A stretch of 64,000 nucleotides of DNA from Azolla caroliniana. Its lineage: Eukaryota; Plantae; Polypodiophyta. The translations under genes and the position numbers were made by a program. The stretch spans positions 8,184,001 through 8,248,000 of the forward strand of contig JBHGNT010000021.1 in NCBI GenBank assembly GCA_043228905.1, given 5' to 3'. The notes under the pieces were generated by a model. It did no database searches and was not told the origin of the DNA. It worked only from the letters and a program-made list of their open reading frames with translations. This document shows positions 14,001 through 28,110 of this stretch, piece by piece. Within the stretch, counting starts at the first letter, position 1. Each line of letters starts with the position of its first letter.

Positions 14001-17000
14001 TACTGGTTTATTCGAAGACCCAAGAAGAGCATGATTCTCATGTACTGTTAGTACTAAAACAACTTCGAGAACATGGTCTTTATGCAAAACTGGAAAAATG
14101 CAGTTTCGAGTGCAACCAGGTGGAATTTCTAGGCTATGTCATCTCCTCAGAAGGCATCTCCATGGATCCATCTAAGGTCAAACGATGGTAGAGTGGCGGA
14201 CTCCGCATTCGTTGTGAGATGTGCAATGTGTTTTAGGCTTTGCCAATTTCTACTGCAAGTTTATACAAGATTACTCAAAGCTTGTTCTGCCTCTCACACA
14301 ACTTACTAAGAAGGGACAATCGTTCGTTTGGTTTGAAGAAGCGGACATGGCTTTTGAGAATCTTAAGAAGGCATTTACATCGGCAAGACATTCTAGCTCA
14401 CGTTGATCCGGAAAAACCACTCATCATCATGGAAGCGGATGCGTCAGATTTTGTATTGGGTAGCATTCTGTCACAATAAGGTAATGATGAAAAGCTACAT
14501 CATGTGGCTTTCCACTCACGCAAGTTTGAAGCCGCCGAAATCAACTATGAAATTCATGATAAGGAGCTATTAGCAATAGTGGACTCTTTTATGCAATGGA
14601 GGCATTTTCTAGAGGGATCCTCTCATCAAGTTTCACCGTATTCAGTGATCACAAAAACCTTGCCTACTTTCAGAGTGCTCGTGTGTTAAACGTCAAGCTC
14701 GGTGGGCCCAATTCCTCACGTGTTTCGACTTCAAAATTACATATCGTCCGGGGAAGCACCAAGGGAAGGTAGATGCATTATCACGGCGTTCGTATCTAGC
14801 ACTGCGTCCCAACAAGCCAACTTTCGATAACCAAAAGCAAGTAATCTTGGGACCGACACGATTGTAAGCAACACAGGTCTTCAACATGCCCTTGGATTCC
14901 CACGTTATGATACCATACGTGAGGACTTAAAGACAGATGCTTTCCCCCAAGACATTCTAGCACAAATTGATCCTTCTCGAGCATCTTGTTCATAGTCGCA
15001 ACAACTAGGTACAGACAATTCGAATGTCATGATGGATTACTATTCTTTAAGAAACTCTGGTATTTTCCTAATGGTTCTTGCCGCCTTCAAGTAGTCCAAA
15101 ACTATCATGACACATTTACAACTGGGCAATTTGGTAGTACTAAGACATTAGATTTAGTACAACGATCATTTTGGTGGCCCTGTATGCGACAATTTGTCGA
15201 AGATTTTGTTCGGATTTGTGATACATGTTGCAGGGCAAAAATGCCAAGGCATCATCCATATGGTTTATTAGAACCATTACCAATTCCAAGCAAGCCATGG
15301 AAATCCATTGCTCTAGATTTCATCACAGATCTTCTAGTCTCTAAGGGATTCAATGCGATTTTTGTGGAGAATTTGTCCTCCTATTCATAGTAAGAAGCGT
15401 ATAGTGAACCGTTGTAGGTCCAATACATGGATAGACACCTTTCACTCTTAGATTGATAACTCCAATAATATGATGAATCTGAGGCTGCAATTTTATACAA
15501 AGAAACTACACAGAACGAGCTTTCCAAAGAATGTTTAAAATAGCTGATACAAAAGAGATTGTGAGAGAGACACTAACAATGTATATCAAAGACAATCTAT
15601 AGAACTTCTCACTTACATATAACACTCAAGGTATTCCTCTTGCTCTCCTCTTTTCTATATGTATAGAACTCATGTTATACCTATTTATACCTTATGTTTA
15701 TGCTAGCTACTTACAACTTGACTCACCTATTAGACGCCATTTTTGTAGCCACTGATTGTGTCTAATTCTCACCTACCACATATATTTGGCCATTATATGC
15801 TATTCACTATAGTCTTTAGATAAATATTCACCATACAACTTTATAATCATAAACAATCATAGCTCATGTCAATTTGAGCTTGTACATTTATCTTCAACAC
15901 TCCCCCTCAAGCTCATTTGGGAGTTATCTTGAGCCATGTCTTGCAAATTTATCACATCTTTGAAACCTTTTAGTTTAGAAGCATCCAGGAACTTTGTGAA
16001 CATGTCTGCAACTTGATCTTTGGTTTTGATGAACTTTATCTCCACATCTTTGCTCAACGCCTTCTCTCGTACATAATGGTAATGAACTTCAATATGCTTA
16101 CTCCGCGCATGGAAAGTGGGATTGCTTGCCAAGTAAATACTTGACATGTTGTCACTGTATATCGGAATGATTGCCACATGCACTTCAAGATCAGCCAAAA
16201 GCTTTTTAAGCCACATTGCTTCACATGTAGCAAATGTTAATCCTCTATACTCAACCTCCATGGATGAAAGTACAACAGTAGGTTGTTTCTTTGAGCTCCA
16301 TGTGATAGGATTGCTTCCAATCATAAACACATAACCTGAGGTTGATCTCCTATCTTCCTTTGAACCTGCCCAATTCGCATCACTAAAGCCTTTGACTTGC
16401 AATTCTTCATCACACTTATAAAACAAATCATGATTAATTGTATGCTTTTTATATCTTAACACTCTCTTAGCTACATTTAAATGTTCATATGTTGGAGTTT
16501 GCATAAACTGAGAAAGTACACCAACAACATAACATAGATCGGGTCTTGTAATGCTTGCATAGATTAATGATCCTATAATACTTTTGTATGTTGCTGCATC
16601 TTCTAGTATTTCTCCATCACTTGAGCATAGTTTTGTATTTGTATCAATGGGTTGAGTGAGTGGTTTGCATTCACTCATTCCAAATATGAAAAGAACATCC
16701 AACAAGTACTTCCTTTGCATCAAGTAGATGCCACTTTTCCCATAAACAACTTCGATTCCTAAAAAATATTTCAGCTCTCCTAGATCTGAAATTTTAAATT
16801 CTTTCCCAAGCTTTCCTTTTATATCCTTAATCCATGTATCATCATTCCCTGTTTTCTTCATATAGAATGAGGGATCAACAATGCTTGGGTTGTATCCACA
16901 TTTCATTAGATACTCTACCAATCTTTGGTTCCACGCTCGTGATGCTTGTTTCAAGCCATAAAGTGCCTTTTTCAATCTACAAACAAAATCTGGATAGTTT

Positions 17001-20000
17001 TCGTCTTCAAATCCAACCGGTTGACTCATGTATACCTCTTCTTGTAGTTCTCCATTTAGAAAGGCATTCTTGATGTCAAGTTGATATAATGGCCACCTCT
17101 TAGAAGCACTGATTTCTATCAAGGTTCTAATTGTCCCCATCTTTGCAACCGGGCTAAAAATTTCATCATAATCTATGCCTTGTGTTTGTTTAAACCCTTT
17201 TGCAACAAACCTAGCTTTGTATCTAGCTAATGAACTGTCAACATTTCTCTTCACTTTGAACACCCATTTGTTTGGAACGATTTTCATACCTTCTTTCTTT
17301 GTCACTAGATCCCATGTGTGATTATCGTTGAGAGCTTTGATCTCTTCTTTCATAGCTTGCTTCCATTACATTTGTGTACAAGCTTCGTCATATGTCTCGG
17401 GCTCTTTGTCTTTGACAACCTGCATCATACATGCAAAATGTTTTGCCATAAAACTATCATAAGTCAACCTTTGAATTGGATACCTTATCCTTGATGATCT
17501 TCTTTCATTGCCTTTAGAATGTTGTTTCTTCAAGCTATTCGGGTTTAGCTTAGAAGTCATGTCTTCATTTTCAACTTCACTTGCGTCTAGCTCACTATTT
17601 CCAGCAACACTTGTTTCGTCAGCAATAGGATGACTTTCATGTCTTTCCTTCCATGATGAGCAATATTCTTTTGATGTAGATGCCTCTGGATATGAAATTT
17701 CTATGCTTGATTGTTGAACTTCACTTTGATTAGTTCCTACATAATCATCATAATCCTCTTTGAGAACTTTTCCCTTTCCTTTATCTTCATACCATGGTCT
17801 TAGTTCATCAAAGACCACATCTCGTGAGACCCTTACTTCCTTTGTTATAGGATTATAACACTTATATCCTTTTTGCTCCATCGAATAGCCAATGAAAATG
17901 CATTTTTCTGACCTTGGTTCCATCTTTGTTCTTACTTCTTGAGGAATGTGAACAAAACAAACACATCCAAAAACTTTTAGGTGTGTAAGATTAGGTTTTC
18001 AACCGGAATATACCTCCTCTGGTGTCAAGTTATGTATTCCTAATGTTTTGCATCTATTCATCAAGTAAATGGCAGTTGTGGTAGCTTCAACCCAATAGTG
18101 TAATGGTACCTTCATCTCGTTCAACATGCATCTTGCGACTTCTGCGATTTGCCTATTTTTCCTCTCAGCTACGCCGTTTTGTTGAGGCATATATCTACAA
18201 GTAAATTTCCTTTTAATCCCATTCTCTTGTAAGAAATCTGAAAACTCATTGGAGAAGTACTCCCCTCCACCATCGGATCTTAAGATTTTGATATGCCTTC
18301 CTGTTGCTTTTTCAACTTCATTTTTGAATCTCTTGAATATAGAAAGCACGTCCAATTTTTGTTTCATACAAAACAACCATACCTTTCTTGAATGATCATC
18401 AATGAAAGTGACAAAAAATCTATTACGAACCATTGATGACTCTCGGGTAGGTCCCCGTACATCCGTATGTATTAAATCCAAGACATTTGGGGTCACATAA
18501 TTGCTCCTCTTGAATGGTTGCCTTGTTTGTTTACCTAATTGACAAGCTTCACACAATGCATGTAATCCAATACTAAGACCTCTTATCACTTCATGTTTGC
18601 TCATGTCCTTTAGCTTCGGAATGTTAATGTGTCCTATCCTTTTGTGCCATAAATCTAGCTCCGAGATTTTCTTGTCCCCAAATTGAATATACATGACCTT
18701 TCCATAAGGATTTTGAATGTCCATGGTGAACATTCTTCCTTCTTGTTTACCTTGAGCAATGACCTTGAAACCTTCTTTAGAATTCTTTATAAAGCACCCA
18801 TTTTCATTGAATGTGACATGATAACCGTTCTCCACCATTTTTCCTACTGAAATCAAGTTCTTTGAAATTGTAGGAACATGAAGAACATTTGATAATACCT
18901 TTGCTTTACTTGTGTCTCCAAGCCTTACATCTCCAATGTGTTCAATCGTGTGTTGAGTATCATCACCTATCTCAACGCATCCTTTCCCATTTGGTATCTG
19001 TAAATTAGTGAGCATACTTTCTTGGCATGACATATGATTACTACCACCTGAATCAATATACCATTTTCCATCATCTTCATAAGAGCTTCTAAACTCATCA
19101 CTCATTGCTAGTAATGTATCCTTAATACCTTCGCTTGAGGTGCTTGCATAATTGCTTTGAGTTCTTTGATTTCCTCCATTTTGCCTTCCATTTTTCAGCC
19201 AACAATCACTAGCATAATGTCCTACTTTACCACAACGATAACATGTTATACCTTTGTGGGAGTTATAGAAACCTCGACCTCTTCCTCTAAATTTTCCTCG
19301 GCCTCTTCCTTGTGTGTTGTCATTTGATCCATCCTTGGTTTCCTCCAAATTAATTTGATTGTAGTTGAAGTTGTTGTGACCTCTTCCTTTTCCTCTTGAG
19401 CCTCCTCTTGAAATCCTTCCTTTACCTTGACTTGCATACAACACTTGGTTGTAGCTATCCTTTCCTTTGAAAGCTCTTCTGTGACAAGATGAGGGATTAG
19501 TTGATCAAACTTTGGATATTCATCTTTCAAATTCATGGAAGTTATAAAAGGCTTCCATCTTTCATCTTCTCTCAATCCATTGAGAGTACAACACACAAGA
19601 TCTCCATCTTCAACTATTGTACCAATATAAGCTAAAGCATCTCGTAACTCCTTGATCTTCAATGTATATTCATCTATAGATTGACTTGAACTTTCCTTAA
19701 TTGTGTTCAACTCATTTTTTAATTGAAGTTTCCTAGCTTTTGTCTTTGTTGAATACATCCTTTCAAGAGTTTCCCATGCATCCTTAGCAATTTTTAGATG
19801 TTGAATATGCCCTACCATGGAGTTACTAATTACTTGTGAAATGAGGAACATGACTTTCCTATTCCTCTCTTCTCATTCTTTTCCTTGTCTCCTTTGGGTT
19901 TCAGTGGTTGTAGCTTGATCGATTTTAGGTTGAGCATCCTCTCTGCTCACCATACCCCACAAGCCTTTGCACATTAGGTAATTGGTCATTCTAAACTTCC

Positions 20001-22215
20001 ATATAGGGTAGTTATCTTTATCCAATTTCTCTACTTGTTGACCCAACTCAGCCATTCAAAATATATCAAAAATAATGAGGGTTACCTCTAATAATTGTGT
20101 AGTTCTCTACTCTTGTTTCGTGAATCTCCCCCTTTCTCTTTAGCTCTTCTTGATTTTCTTCAACTCGAGGATTGTTGATGAATCTTTTGTACCAGCCAAG
20201 CCAAGCTCTGATACCAATTGTGGAGAATTTGTCCTCCTATTCACAGTAAGAAGCGTATAGTGAACCGTTGTAGGTCCAATACATGGACAAACACCTTTCA
20301 CTCTCAGATTGATAACTCCAATAATATAATGAATCTGAGGCTGCACTTTTATACACGGAAACTACACAGAACGAGCTTTCCAAAGAGTGTTTAAACATAA
20401 GAAATGGATATATATTCATTAAGATATGAATCTTACAAATAGCTGATACAAAAGAGACCGTGAGAGAGAGACTAACAATGTATATAAAAGACAATCTATA
20501 GAACTTCTCGCTTAGATATGACACTCAAGGTATTCCTCTTGCTCTCCTCTTTTCTATATGTATAGAACTCATTTTATACCTATTTATACCTATGTTTATG
20601 CTAGCTACTTACAACTTGACTCACCTATTAGACACCACTTTTGTAGCCACTGATTTTGTGTCTAATTCTCACCTACCACATATATTTACCCATTATATGC
20701 TATTCACTAGTCTTTAGATAAATATTCACCATACAACTTTATAAACATAAACAATAATAACTCATGTCAATTTGAGCTTGTACATTTATCTTCAACAATT
20801 TTAACAGTAGTAGATTGATATATGAAGATGGCTCATTTCTTGCCATGTACTAAGAAAATCTCCAATGAAGAAACCGTCGAAATTGTCATGCGTGAAGTAT
20901 GTCGGCATCATGGCCTTCTTGATAATATAATCAGCGACCATGGAAGCACCTTTTTAAAATGCTGAAGGTCACTTGTAACCTCTCTTCCGGTTACTACCCT
21001 TAAACCAACGGCCAAGCAGAACGAACAAATCAAACGTTGGAGTAGTATCTTCGGTGCTTTCTAAGCTATCATCAGGATGACTGGGCGGATATTCTCCACT
21101 TCGCCGAATTTTCCTATAATAACTCTCTCTGCGATTTTATGCTTATACGGGTTGTCACCCCCAATGGTGTGTATTTGAAACCCCAGAGTTAGCCACAAAT
21201 CCTTGTGCAGAGGATCGTTTGAAGTGGTTATGCAAGATACAAGCAGATTTATCTACTCATTTACAACAAGCTCGACAAACACACAAGGTTTATGTGGATC
21301 GTCATCGGTTTCCATATAGTTTTAACATTAGAGATTGGGTATGACTACTACGACGACACATGAAGAGTACTCGCCCATGCAAGAAGTTGGATTATCAATG
21401 ATTAGGTCCTTTCCGTATTATTAGAAAGATTAATGATGTCGTTTTTTGTCTCGATCTACCCCCGCAACTTCGCATACATCCGGTGTTTCATAGTTCTCTG
21501 CTTGAACCCTATCAATACAGCACCATCCCAGGACATATTCCACAACCTCCACCCCCGATCGAACTCGAAGATGGACTTGAGTACGAGGTTGCCGCCATCC
21601 TCGATTCCAAGATTGTTCGCAACAAGCTCTACTATTTAGTCGATTGTCTAGGATATAGTCCCAACGAGCGTACTTGGGAACCAATAGAGAATGTGACCAA
21701 TGCTCGTGCTCTTCTTGAAGACTTCCATCGTCAATATCCAGATAAACCGGTCCTCAATCCAAAACGACTCGTGACACTCGTCGTTTTAAAAGGGGGATAG
21801 TGCCATGATATGGCAAAACTCAAACCCATGACCTTATGTTACATGGGTCAAGCTCTTGACCATTAGATTATATGTTGTAATACGGAGGATATTATTTTAA
21901 TTTAGGTTTTACTCTAGAAAATTGATGTATATTCTAGATTTCTCTAGAACATTCTAGAAGCTTCAGGACTACTCCTGAGAACACAATAAAAGGAGGCACA
22001 AGGCATTATTTCGAACCAAATCGGTTCAACGCCAGTCTTAAGCCTCCTAGACTTCCTTGTATATTCCTCTCACATAATATATCGCTATTATCATCATTTT
22101 CTCTCCCTCGATATCTCACACACACACACTCTCTCTCTCTCCTTCTCTCGAGTGTTCTACACCCTCTTTTCCTCTGAGTACTAATTTCTTCTCTATCTCA
22201 ATACTATTCCTGATA
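11072..22215 (+). mobile_element. Ty3/gypsy chromovirus element D (Tcn1-like), near full-length but decayed
   Basis: LTRs 11072-11503 and 21801-22215; gag 11686-12700 (CLYC..GR...CP); protease LDSRA; RT YLDD 13556-14191; RNase H; integrase split by element E; chromodomain EYEVAAILDS..YLVD.LGY...TWEP; PPT AAAAGGGGGATAG. Confidence 0.9.
15363..20797 (-). mobile_element. Full-length Ty1/copia element E with frameshifted gag-pol (20055 to about 15900)
   Basis: LTRs 20219-20797 and 15363-15899; TSD ATTTT; PBS 20205-20216; PPT 15900-15911; CYRCGKVGHYASDC, integrase, RT and RNase H motifs. Confidence 0.95.
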
Positions 22216-23959
22216 GTTGTTGTCTTAGACACCGGTGGTGCGAGCTAGGCTTTCGTCTCGACAATCGTGTTTATCTCTTCCAAGGTATTAGTCATCCTAA
22301 TATCTGGCGGTATGGGACGTCGATGGTAGGTTGGCTATGTCTAGATCATAGCTCGGGGGTGGTCGGGTGGTCGGGTGGAACAGGTTCTTCTATCCAATCT
22401 ATTTTCCTTCTTTTACTTTACTTGTGTCTATTGATTAGTAATAGACTCTTAATAGAAGCATAAACTCTATTAAAAAAGAATAACACTCTGTCTACATACA
22501 ATGTGCTCAGTGAGCACTTTTATACAAGTCCTTAGAAGGGCTGATAGAAATACTGACAAGTACTTCAATGCTCATACGAGTGACTAACACTAACTCCAAG
22601 GAATACTAGGCTAGATTTGTACATCTCTAACGGCCTACTGGTTACAACTCGGTCTGTCTCTTCGATTTGGCTCTTGGTTCCGGATACCTATCCGGTTCTC
22701 TATTCTAGATACCGATCCAACTCTGGCTTATTTAGCCGATTTGAATCCGGTTCAACTTGTCCGCTTAACAGTCCCCCTCAAGCTCAACTTGAGGTTTGAT
22801 TGCAGTGTTCGTGTCTATGTCTGTGGTAGCTGGTCTTGTCCCCCGGCTCCCCCTAGCGTCCTCCCACCTGGATCGTGTTCCTTGTCCGGTCTGGTTCAAC
22901 TTTCCATGACCTGTCAGGTCCCTCTCATCTCAACCTTCTCGGTTAGCTGGTCTGCTCATAAGGCCCATCTCAGCTCCTTTGTTGTTGTGACTCTGGCGCA
23001 TCTCAACCCATTGGTTCCATCGTGTCGGTGACGGCTTCCGCTGTCGGTTGTCTCCAATTCGTCCTCAATCTTCAGACCCTTCACGACATCGAACCATGTC
23101 CGTGTCTTGGTCTTCCAGGCTTTGCATCCTCCTTTTTCAATTGGCTTCGGCTTGGGCTCTCTATTCTGCTGGCTCCCCATACGTCCGGTCTCAGCATCTT
23201 CAGTCATCCCATGCACTCCGATGTTTTTAGTTAGGCAGAAATCGAAATCGGTTTCTGACTCGGCTTTTTAGTCGTCTTCCTCATTCCTACTTTCATTCCT
23301 CCCCCTCATGTTCGACATATCGAGGTACTGCACACCCAATGCACCAAAAAATTGTAGCAACTTGTCATCGGATCAGAATCCTCCACTCGTAGATCCTTTA
23401 GGAGCCTCTTGAGGCATATGGCTTCGCATGTTGCGATAGCCCCTCCTCGGTACCCGTCCTCAGTGCTTGACAATGCAATCTCGGCTTCTTCTTACTACTC
23501 CAAGTGACCGCGACGCTCCCAAGAGATCAGACTCTCATCTAGCGTGAAGGTATAATTGTAAATAATTATAATTTGAAGTAGAACATCATGATACACACAT
23601 TGATTTATAGAATAAGGGAATGTCGACATCCATATTACTACAAGTATTTTAGGATGTGAAATGTTCAAATGTCTTATATGCATTTTAGGATGTAGAACTA
23701 TATTGTACATCACAAAATTGTGTAACATAGATATTTTTTACAATATTATAGATATTTTTTAGAAAGGTAAATAATTTTCAAATTCTAGAAGTATTTAACG
23801 TACTATACGTCAAATACGTATTTTATAAGTATTTAACATATTAAGAAAACGTATTTAACGTATTTTCAAATTGGGAGGTACTATACGCGTATTAATACGT
23901 TATATACATACGGTATCCGTATCGTACCTAATGTACCTAAAAACCTTGGAGCAAACAAC

Positions 23960-24886
23960 ACAGGAAATGGAAGAGTCGTGCATGCCCTGATATGCCGGGA
24001 AGAAGTGAACATAGTGCATCTGACACTGTCGGTGAGCTGTGGCACAAGAGACTGTGTCATATGAGCCAGAAGGGGATGAGAAGACTTGTCGAAGATAACC
24101 TCATTCCAGAGGTGAAAGATGTGCATCTTGAGAAGTGCGTCGATTGCTTGGCCAACAAGCAAAACCGAACCTCCTTCTGGTCAAGATCACTGATGAGACA
24201 GAATGCACCACTGGAGCTGGTGCATACCGATGTCTGTCAAGTGGACACGAAGTCACATGCCGGATCGCAGTACTTCGTGACGTTCATAGATGACCACAGC
24301 CAGAAGTTGTGGGTCTCATCGCTAAAGACAAAGGATCAGGTGTTGTCTGTCTTCAAGGAACTCCACGCGAGAGTGGAAAGAGAAACCGGTTGAACGCTAA
24401 AAGTGGTTTGAGCAGATAATGGAGGAGAATATCGGGGGCAGTTCGAGGATTACTACCGGTCGAAGGGAATTCGGCTTGAATTCACCGTGCCGAAGACGTT
24501 GGAATTGAACGGGATGGCCGAGCGGTTGAACCGAACCGTGATGGAGAGAGTCCGGAGCATGCTGGCACATGCAAAGCTACCCAAGAAGTTTTGGGCTGAG
24601 GCGTTGATGACGGCGACATATGTGATAAACAGATCACCCTCAGCACCCTTGGACGGAGACACACCACAGAGAGTATGGACCGGTAAAGACGTGTCTTACC
24701 GGCATCTGAAGGTGTTCGAGTGTCTCGCCTATGTGCATGTTGCAAAGGACAAGAGAGCAAAGTTGGATCCGAAGTCCAGGCCATGCATATTCCTTGGATA
24801 CGGCAATGATGAGTTCGGTTACCGGGTGTGGGATCTAGTCGACAAGAAGGTGTTCCGAAGTTGGGACATAGTCTTCATGGAAGATA
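23960..24886 (+). mobile_element. Ty1/copia (Tnt1-like) integrase fragment
   Basis: LWHKRLCHMS, LELVHTDVC, YFVTFIDDHS, NGMAERLNRT, KLDPKSRPCIFLGY. Confidence 0.88.
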
Positions 24887-25544
24887 GGAGGGTAAAAGCA
24901 TGTGAGTGGAAACGCTATTATAGCTAATCAGCTACTAAAATGGCCATAGCTAATTAGCTATTTGTTTAGCTAGTTTTTTGTGGGAAAATCATAAGGATGG
25001 TTTACGAAATTTTATGTTTTATTAGTTAAATACATGTCATTTAATTTATGAGAATACTCAAATATTTGAACTTTGGTTTCTGACGTAGTGGAACATGGGG
25101 AATAGTGCCATCATCTAAGGTCGACTTGAATGTCATCAAATTCTTGATAATCCTAAGTTCGAGTTCGAACTCCAAACAGATGGAGTACTCTGAGCATGAA
25201 CGCAAACGAAGCTCCCGCAGCAGCACAAAAACTCTGAGATCGACATTGCACCTTCAAAGCTACAACACACGAGCAACTTGATCTCGTCCAGGTATGTATC
25301 AGTTACATATTAAAAAAAATTGAATGTTCATCTTTTTTCCTTTCCAATAACTGGTTGTACCTTTGGTGCATGTTCATCTTTCCGAAAAATTGAATAGGGT
25401 GAAGTTGTTGGAGTCTGAAACAAGGATGTCTCGAAGATCGGGGTGTAGCAACAAGTGTGTTTTGGATTGACAAAATTTCATAGTACGGTTGATTTCTGCC
25501 TTTAGTGATGATTAGGGTTTGTGTTTCCCTTAAGTGGTTTAGGG

Positions 25545-25612
25545 TTTCTGATTACAAATTTCAGATTACAAGTTTCTGGTTACAAATTTCTAATTACAAA
25601 TTTCTGATTACT
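25545..25612. repeat. Short tandem repeat, about 14-bp unit TTCTGATTACAAAT
   Basis: About five adjacent degenerate copies, with further dispersed ones nearby. Confidence 0.75.
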
Positions 25613-25940
25613 GTGGCAATGTGTTGTATTTTTGCACCAATTCTCATGACAAATTCTGATTAGGGTTTCAGATTTTTTAAGTGGTTGATTTTTGATACAT
25701 GTCGAAAAGGACAGATTACAAATTTCAGATTATTGTCTCAAAGTGTTGTAATTTTACACCAAATTCACATTAAAAATTCTGTTTTTGCACCAATTTTGAT
25801 TACTGAGTTTCTATTTCAAGTGGCTCGTTCCTCCCTATCCTAGAGTGCTGAAGATCGAGGGTATTGACCCTGCTTGTTTTTGCGAGACAAAGGACTTTCA
25901 CAACATATATGTTCTATCGCTCGAGGGTATTGACCCTGCT

Positions 25941-26397
25941 TGTTACGGGCATGACCATATAATATCCCGTGGTGAGAATTTACCGTAGTATTCTATACAC
26001 GTGGATAAGTGTAAGGGTTAAACAAGAGTGTAAAGAAGGGGAGGATTACTTTTAATCCTCGAGATTTGAGACAACCCATTAGGCCAAGTGTGAACTTGCC
26101 TGGGGGCCTTGGCTATCGCTATAAATAAGAGGCCTAGCTACCCTCATTTGATCATCTTGTTGACTACGTCGAGACTCTGTCTTGTGGTGGGTCAACTCTT
26201 GTAGAGAGCGCGCCAGCACCAGGTACGACTCGACGCCACGGCGGTGGTATGGGACGCCGATCGAGGCTTGATTCCGTCTCAATCCCTTCGCTCGAGGGTG
26301 GTCGAGTGGATCGGCACCCTTTTCCTCTCTCTCCTTTCTATCTATTTATCTATTTTCTATCCTTATCTAATGCTTACATTAGTCTATGTCTCTAATA
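25941..26397 (+). mobile_element. Solo LTR of the element G family
   Basis: It is the reverse-complement homolog of LTRs 46628-47092 and 53176-53640; flanks CTGCT/CTGTT (decayed TSD). Confidence 0.88.
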
Positions 26398-26411
26398 CTG
26401 TTGTTCTAACA

Positions 26412-27488
26412 GATAGATTGATTAGTGATGTAGACTAGATGTCAGTATATAAAGTGCCTAGAGTAAAAGGCAAGGTCAAGCTCAAGCATGTACGACCGGA
26501 CCTGCACGATGACTGCATGAGACTGCACCAGAAAGTACATCAAGAGATCCTGGTCAACAACGAGTTGTCCTTTTCATTTGCCAGAGCTTTTGCATACGAG
26601 TATTGCAAAACAACGAAGGAATCTCATGACCCTGAAATGTACAGGGTAGCTTGGGCAATTTATGGTGAGGCATCGGTAGAAAGATGTCGGAAGATGGGGA
26701 GCTTGCAACAAAAATGGCAAGATTTTGGAGCATGGTAGTTGATGGTGCAACTGCCGACTCCCAACAAACCCACAAGTATATGCCACACCAACACACAATT
26801 AAAGCCAATGTCGATGATACATCTGAGACATTGATTAGCTATATGCTAAAAAATGTCCATGAAGCCTATGAGACATTTGAGTTTTTTAAGACTGATTTAG
26901 AGAAAGCAACATTGGTTGCTGCGATGGAGAGCAAAGTCACTTTGGTAGTTACAACAATCAGAAATAAGATTTAGGTACCTATTGTTTTGCTAGTATGTAA
27001 TATGTTATAAATAACTTGTACATGAAAATGTGCTACTGAGGCATTATCTAGAACAGGTTGCTCAACATGAGCTTGAAATTGAGGGGTCGTTGGATCCCTA
27101 GCGGAAAATTCAACTAGAGACAAAGATCTAGGTTCTTTCAATGAACCTGGACCTTTTAGGCGTAAATATTGTCGCTGATTACAATTTGGACAAGCTACAA
27201 GTAAGTTAATGATTCTTGTTTCTTGTTGTTATATCTTCCTCATTAAGGAATAATTAATCGGAAAATTTCTCGGCTGCATTGAAGGAACAATACTCCCCTC
27301 AAGAACAGGTAGTTAGTTGCCTTAAGAAGCAGCTACATTTTGTAGAGGGGATGGTGAGCAGACAAGAATTGGACCTGAACATTCTTGCTCCCTTGCCAAA
27401 TGAAGGAGAACCAGGAAACGATATATTGATTGTTCAAGCACGTTGTAGTAGTTACTTAGCTACTACCATAGTTGAATACAGTAGCTAA
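26412..27488 (+). pseudogene. Decayed multi-exon ORF of unknown function inside the unclassified element
   Basis: ORF pieces 26439-26974 and 27279-27488; splice-like signals AACAG (26411), TAG|GTACC (26974), AACAG (27056), CAA|GTAAGT (27200). Confidence 0.4.
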
Positions 27489-28110
27489 TTATCTACTACC
27501 ACAGTTTAGTTGAGTAACTAATTAGCTAAGTGGTAGCTAATTAGCTACTACAATACTTTAGCTCAGTAGCTAATTAGTTACTACCATAATTTAGTACAAT
27601 AGCTAATTAGCTAAGTGGTAGCTAATTAGCTACTACCATACTTAAGCTGAGTAGCTAATTAGCTAAGCGGTAGCTATTTAGCTACTACCATAGTTTAGTG
27701 CAGTAGCTAATTAGCTACTACCATACATTAGTTGAGTAGCTAATTAGCTACTACCATACTTTAACTGAGTAACTAATTAGCTAAATGGTAGATAATCAAC
27801 CACTACTATAGTTTAGTACAGTAGCTAATTAGCTACTACCATAGTTTAGTACAGTAGCTAATTAGCTACCACCATACTTTAGTTGAGTAGCTAATTATGT
27901 AAGTGGTAGCTAATTAACTACTACCATAGTTTAGTACAGTAGCTAATTCGGGTACCATAGTTTAGTACAATAGCTAATTAGCTACCACCGTACTTTAGTT
28001 GAGTAGCTAATTATGTATGTGGTAGCTAATTAGCTATTACCATAGTTTAGTACAGTACTACTCGAATTAGCTACTACCACCATACTTTAGTACGATAGCT
28101 AATTAGCTAG
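27455..28110. repeat. Tandem array built on the 14-bp palindrome TAGCTAATTAGCTA with CTACCATA spacers
   Basis: Direct reading; units of roughly 20 and 31-33 bp. Confidence 0.92.

Larger units (their letters stand above)
3559..22454 (+). mobile_element. Ty3/gypsy chromovirus element C, internally deleted (gag-PR-RT-RH lost; integrase and chromodomain about 9090-10945)
   Basis: 5' LTR 3559-3753 plus 8143-8421; PBS TGGTATCAGAGC 8423-8434; integrase WESISMDFI..SDRDSKFTS..GQTERVNQ; PPT before the 3' LTR (10955-11071 plus 22216-22454); TSD GAAGC (3554-3558, 22455-22459). Confidence 0.9.
3430..23510 (-). mobile_element. Ty1/copia element B2, 3' end only: 3' LTR split as 3430-3558 plus 22460-22770, PPT about 22772-22781, RNase H remnant to about 23510
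   Basis: The LTR halves rejoin across TSD GAAGC. TTGAGGGGGA PPT on the minus strand; RNase H remnant ALSSTE..YRG..ATCEA. Confidence 0.75.

Noticed and set aside
27455-28110. CRISPR-like look of the palindromic array
   Set aside because: The spacers are themselves repeated rather than unique, there are no cas genes, and the context is eukaryotic.
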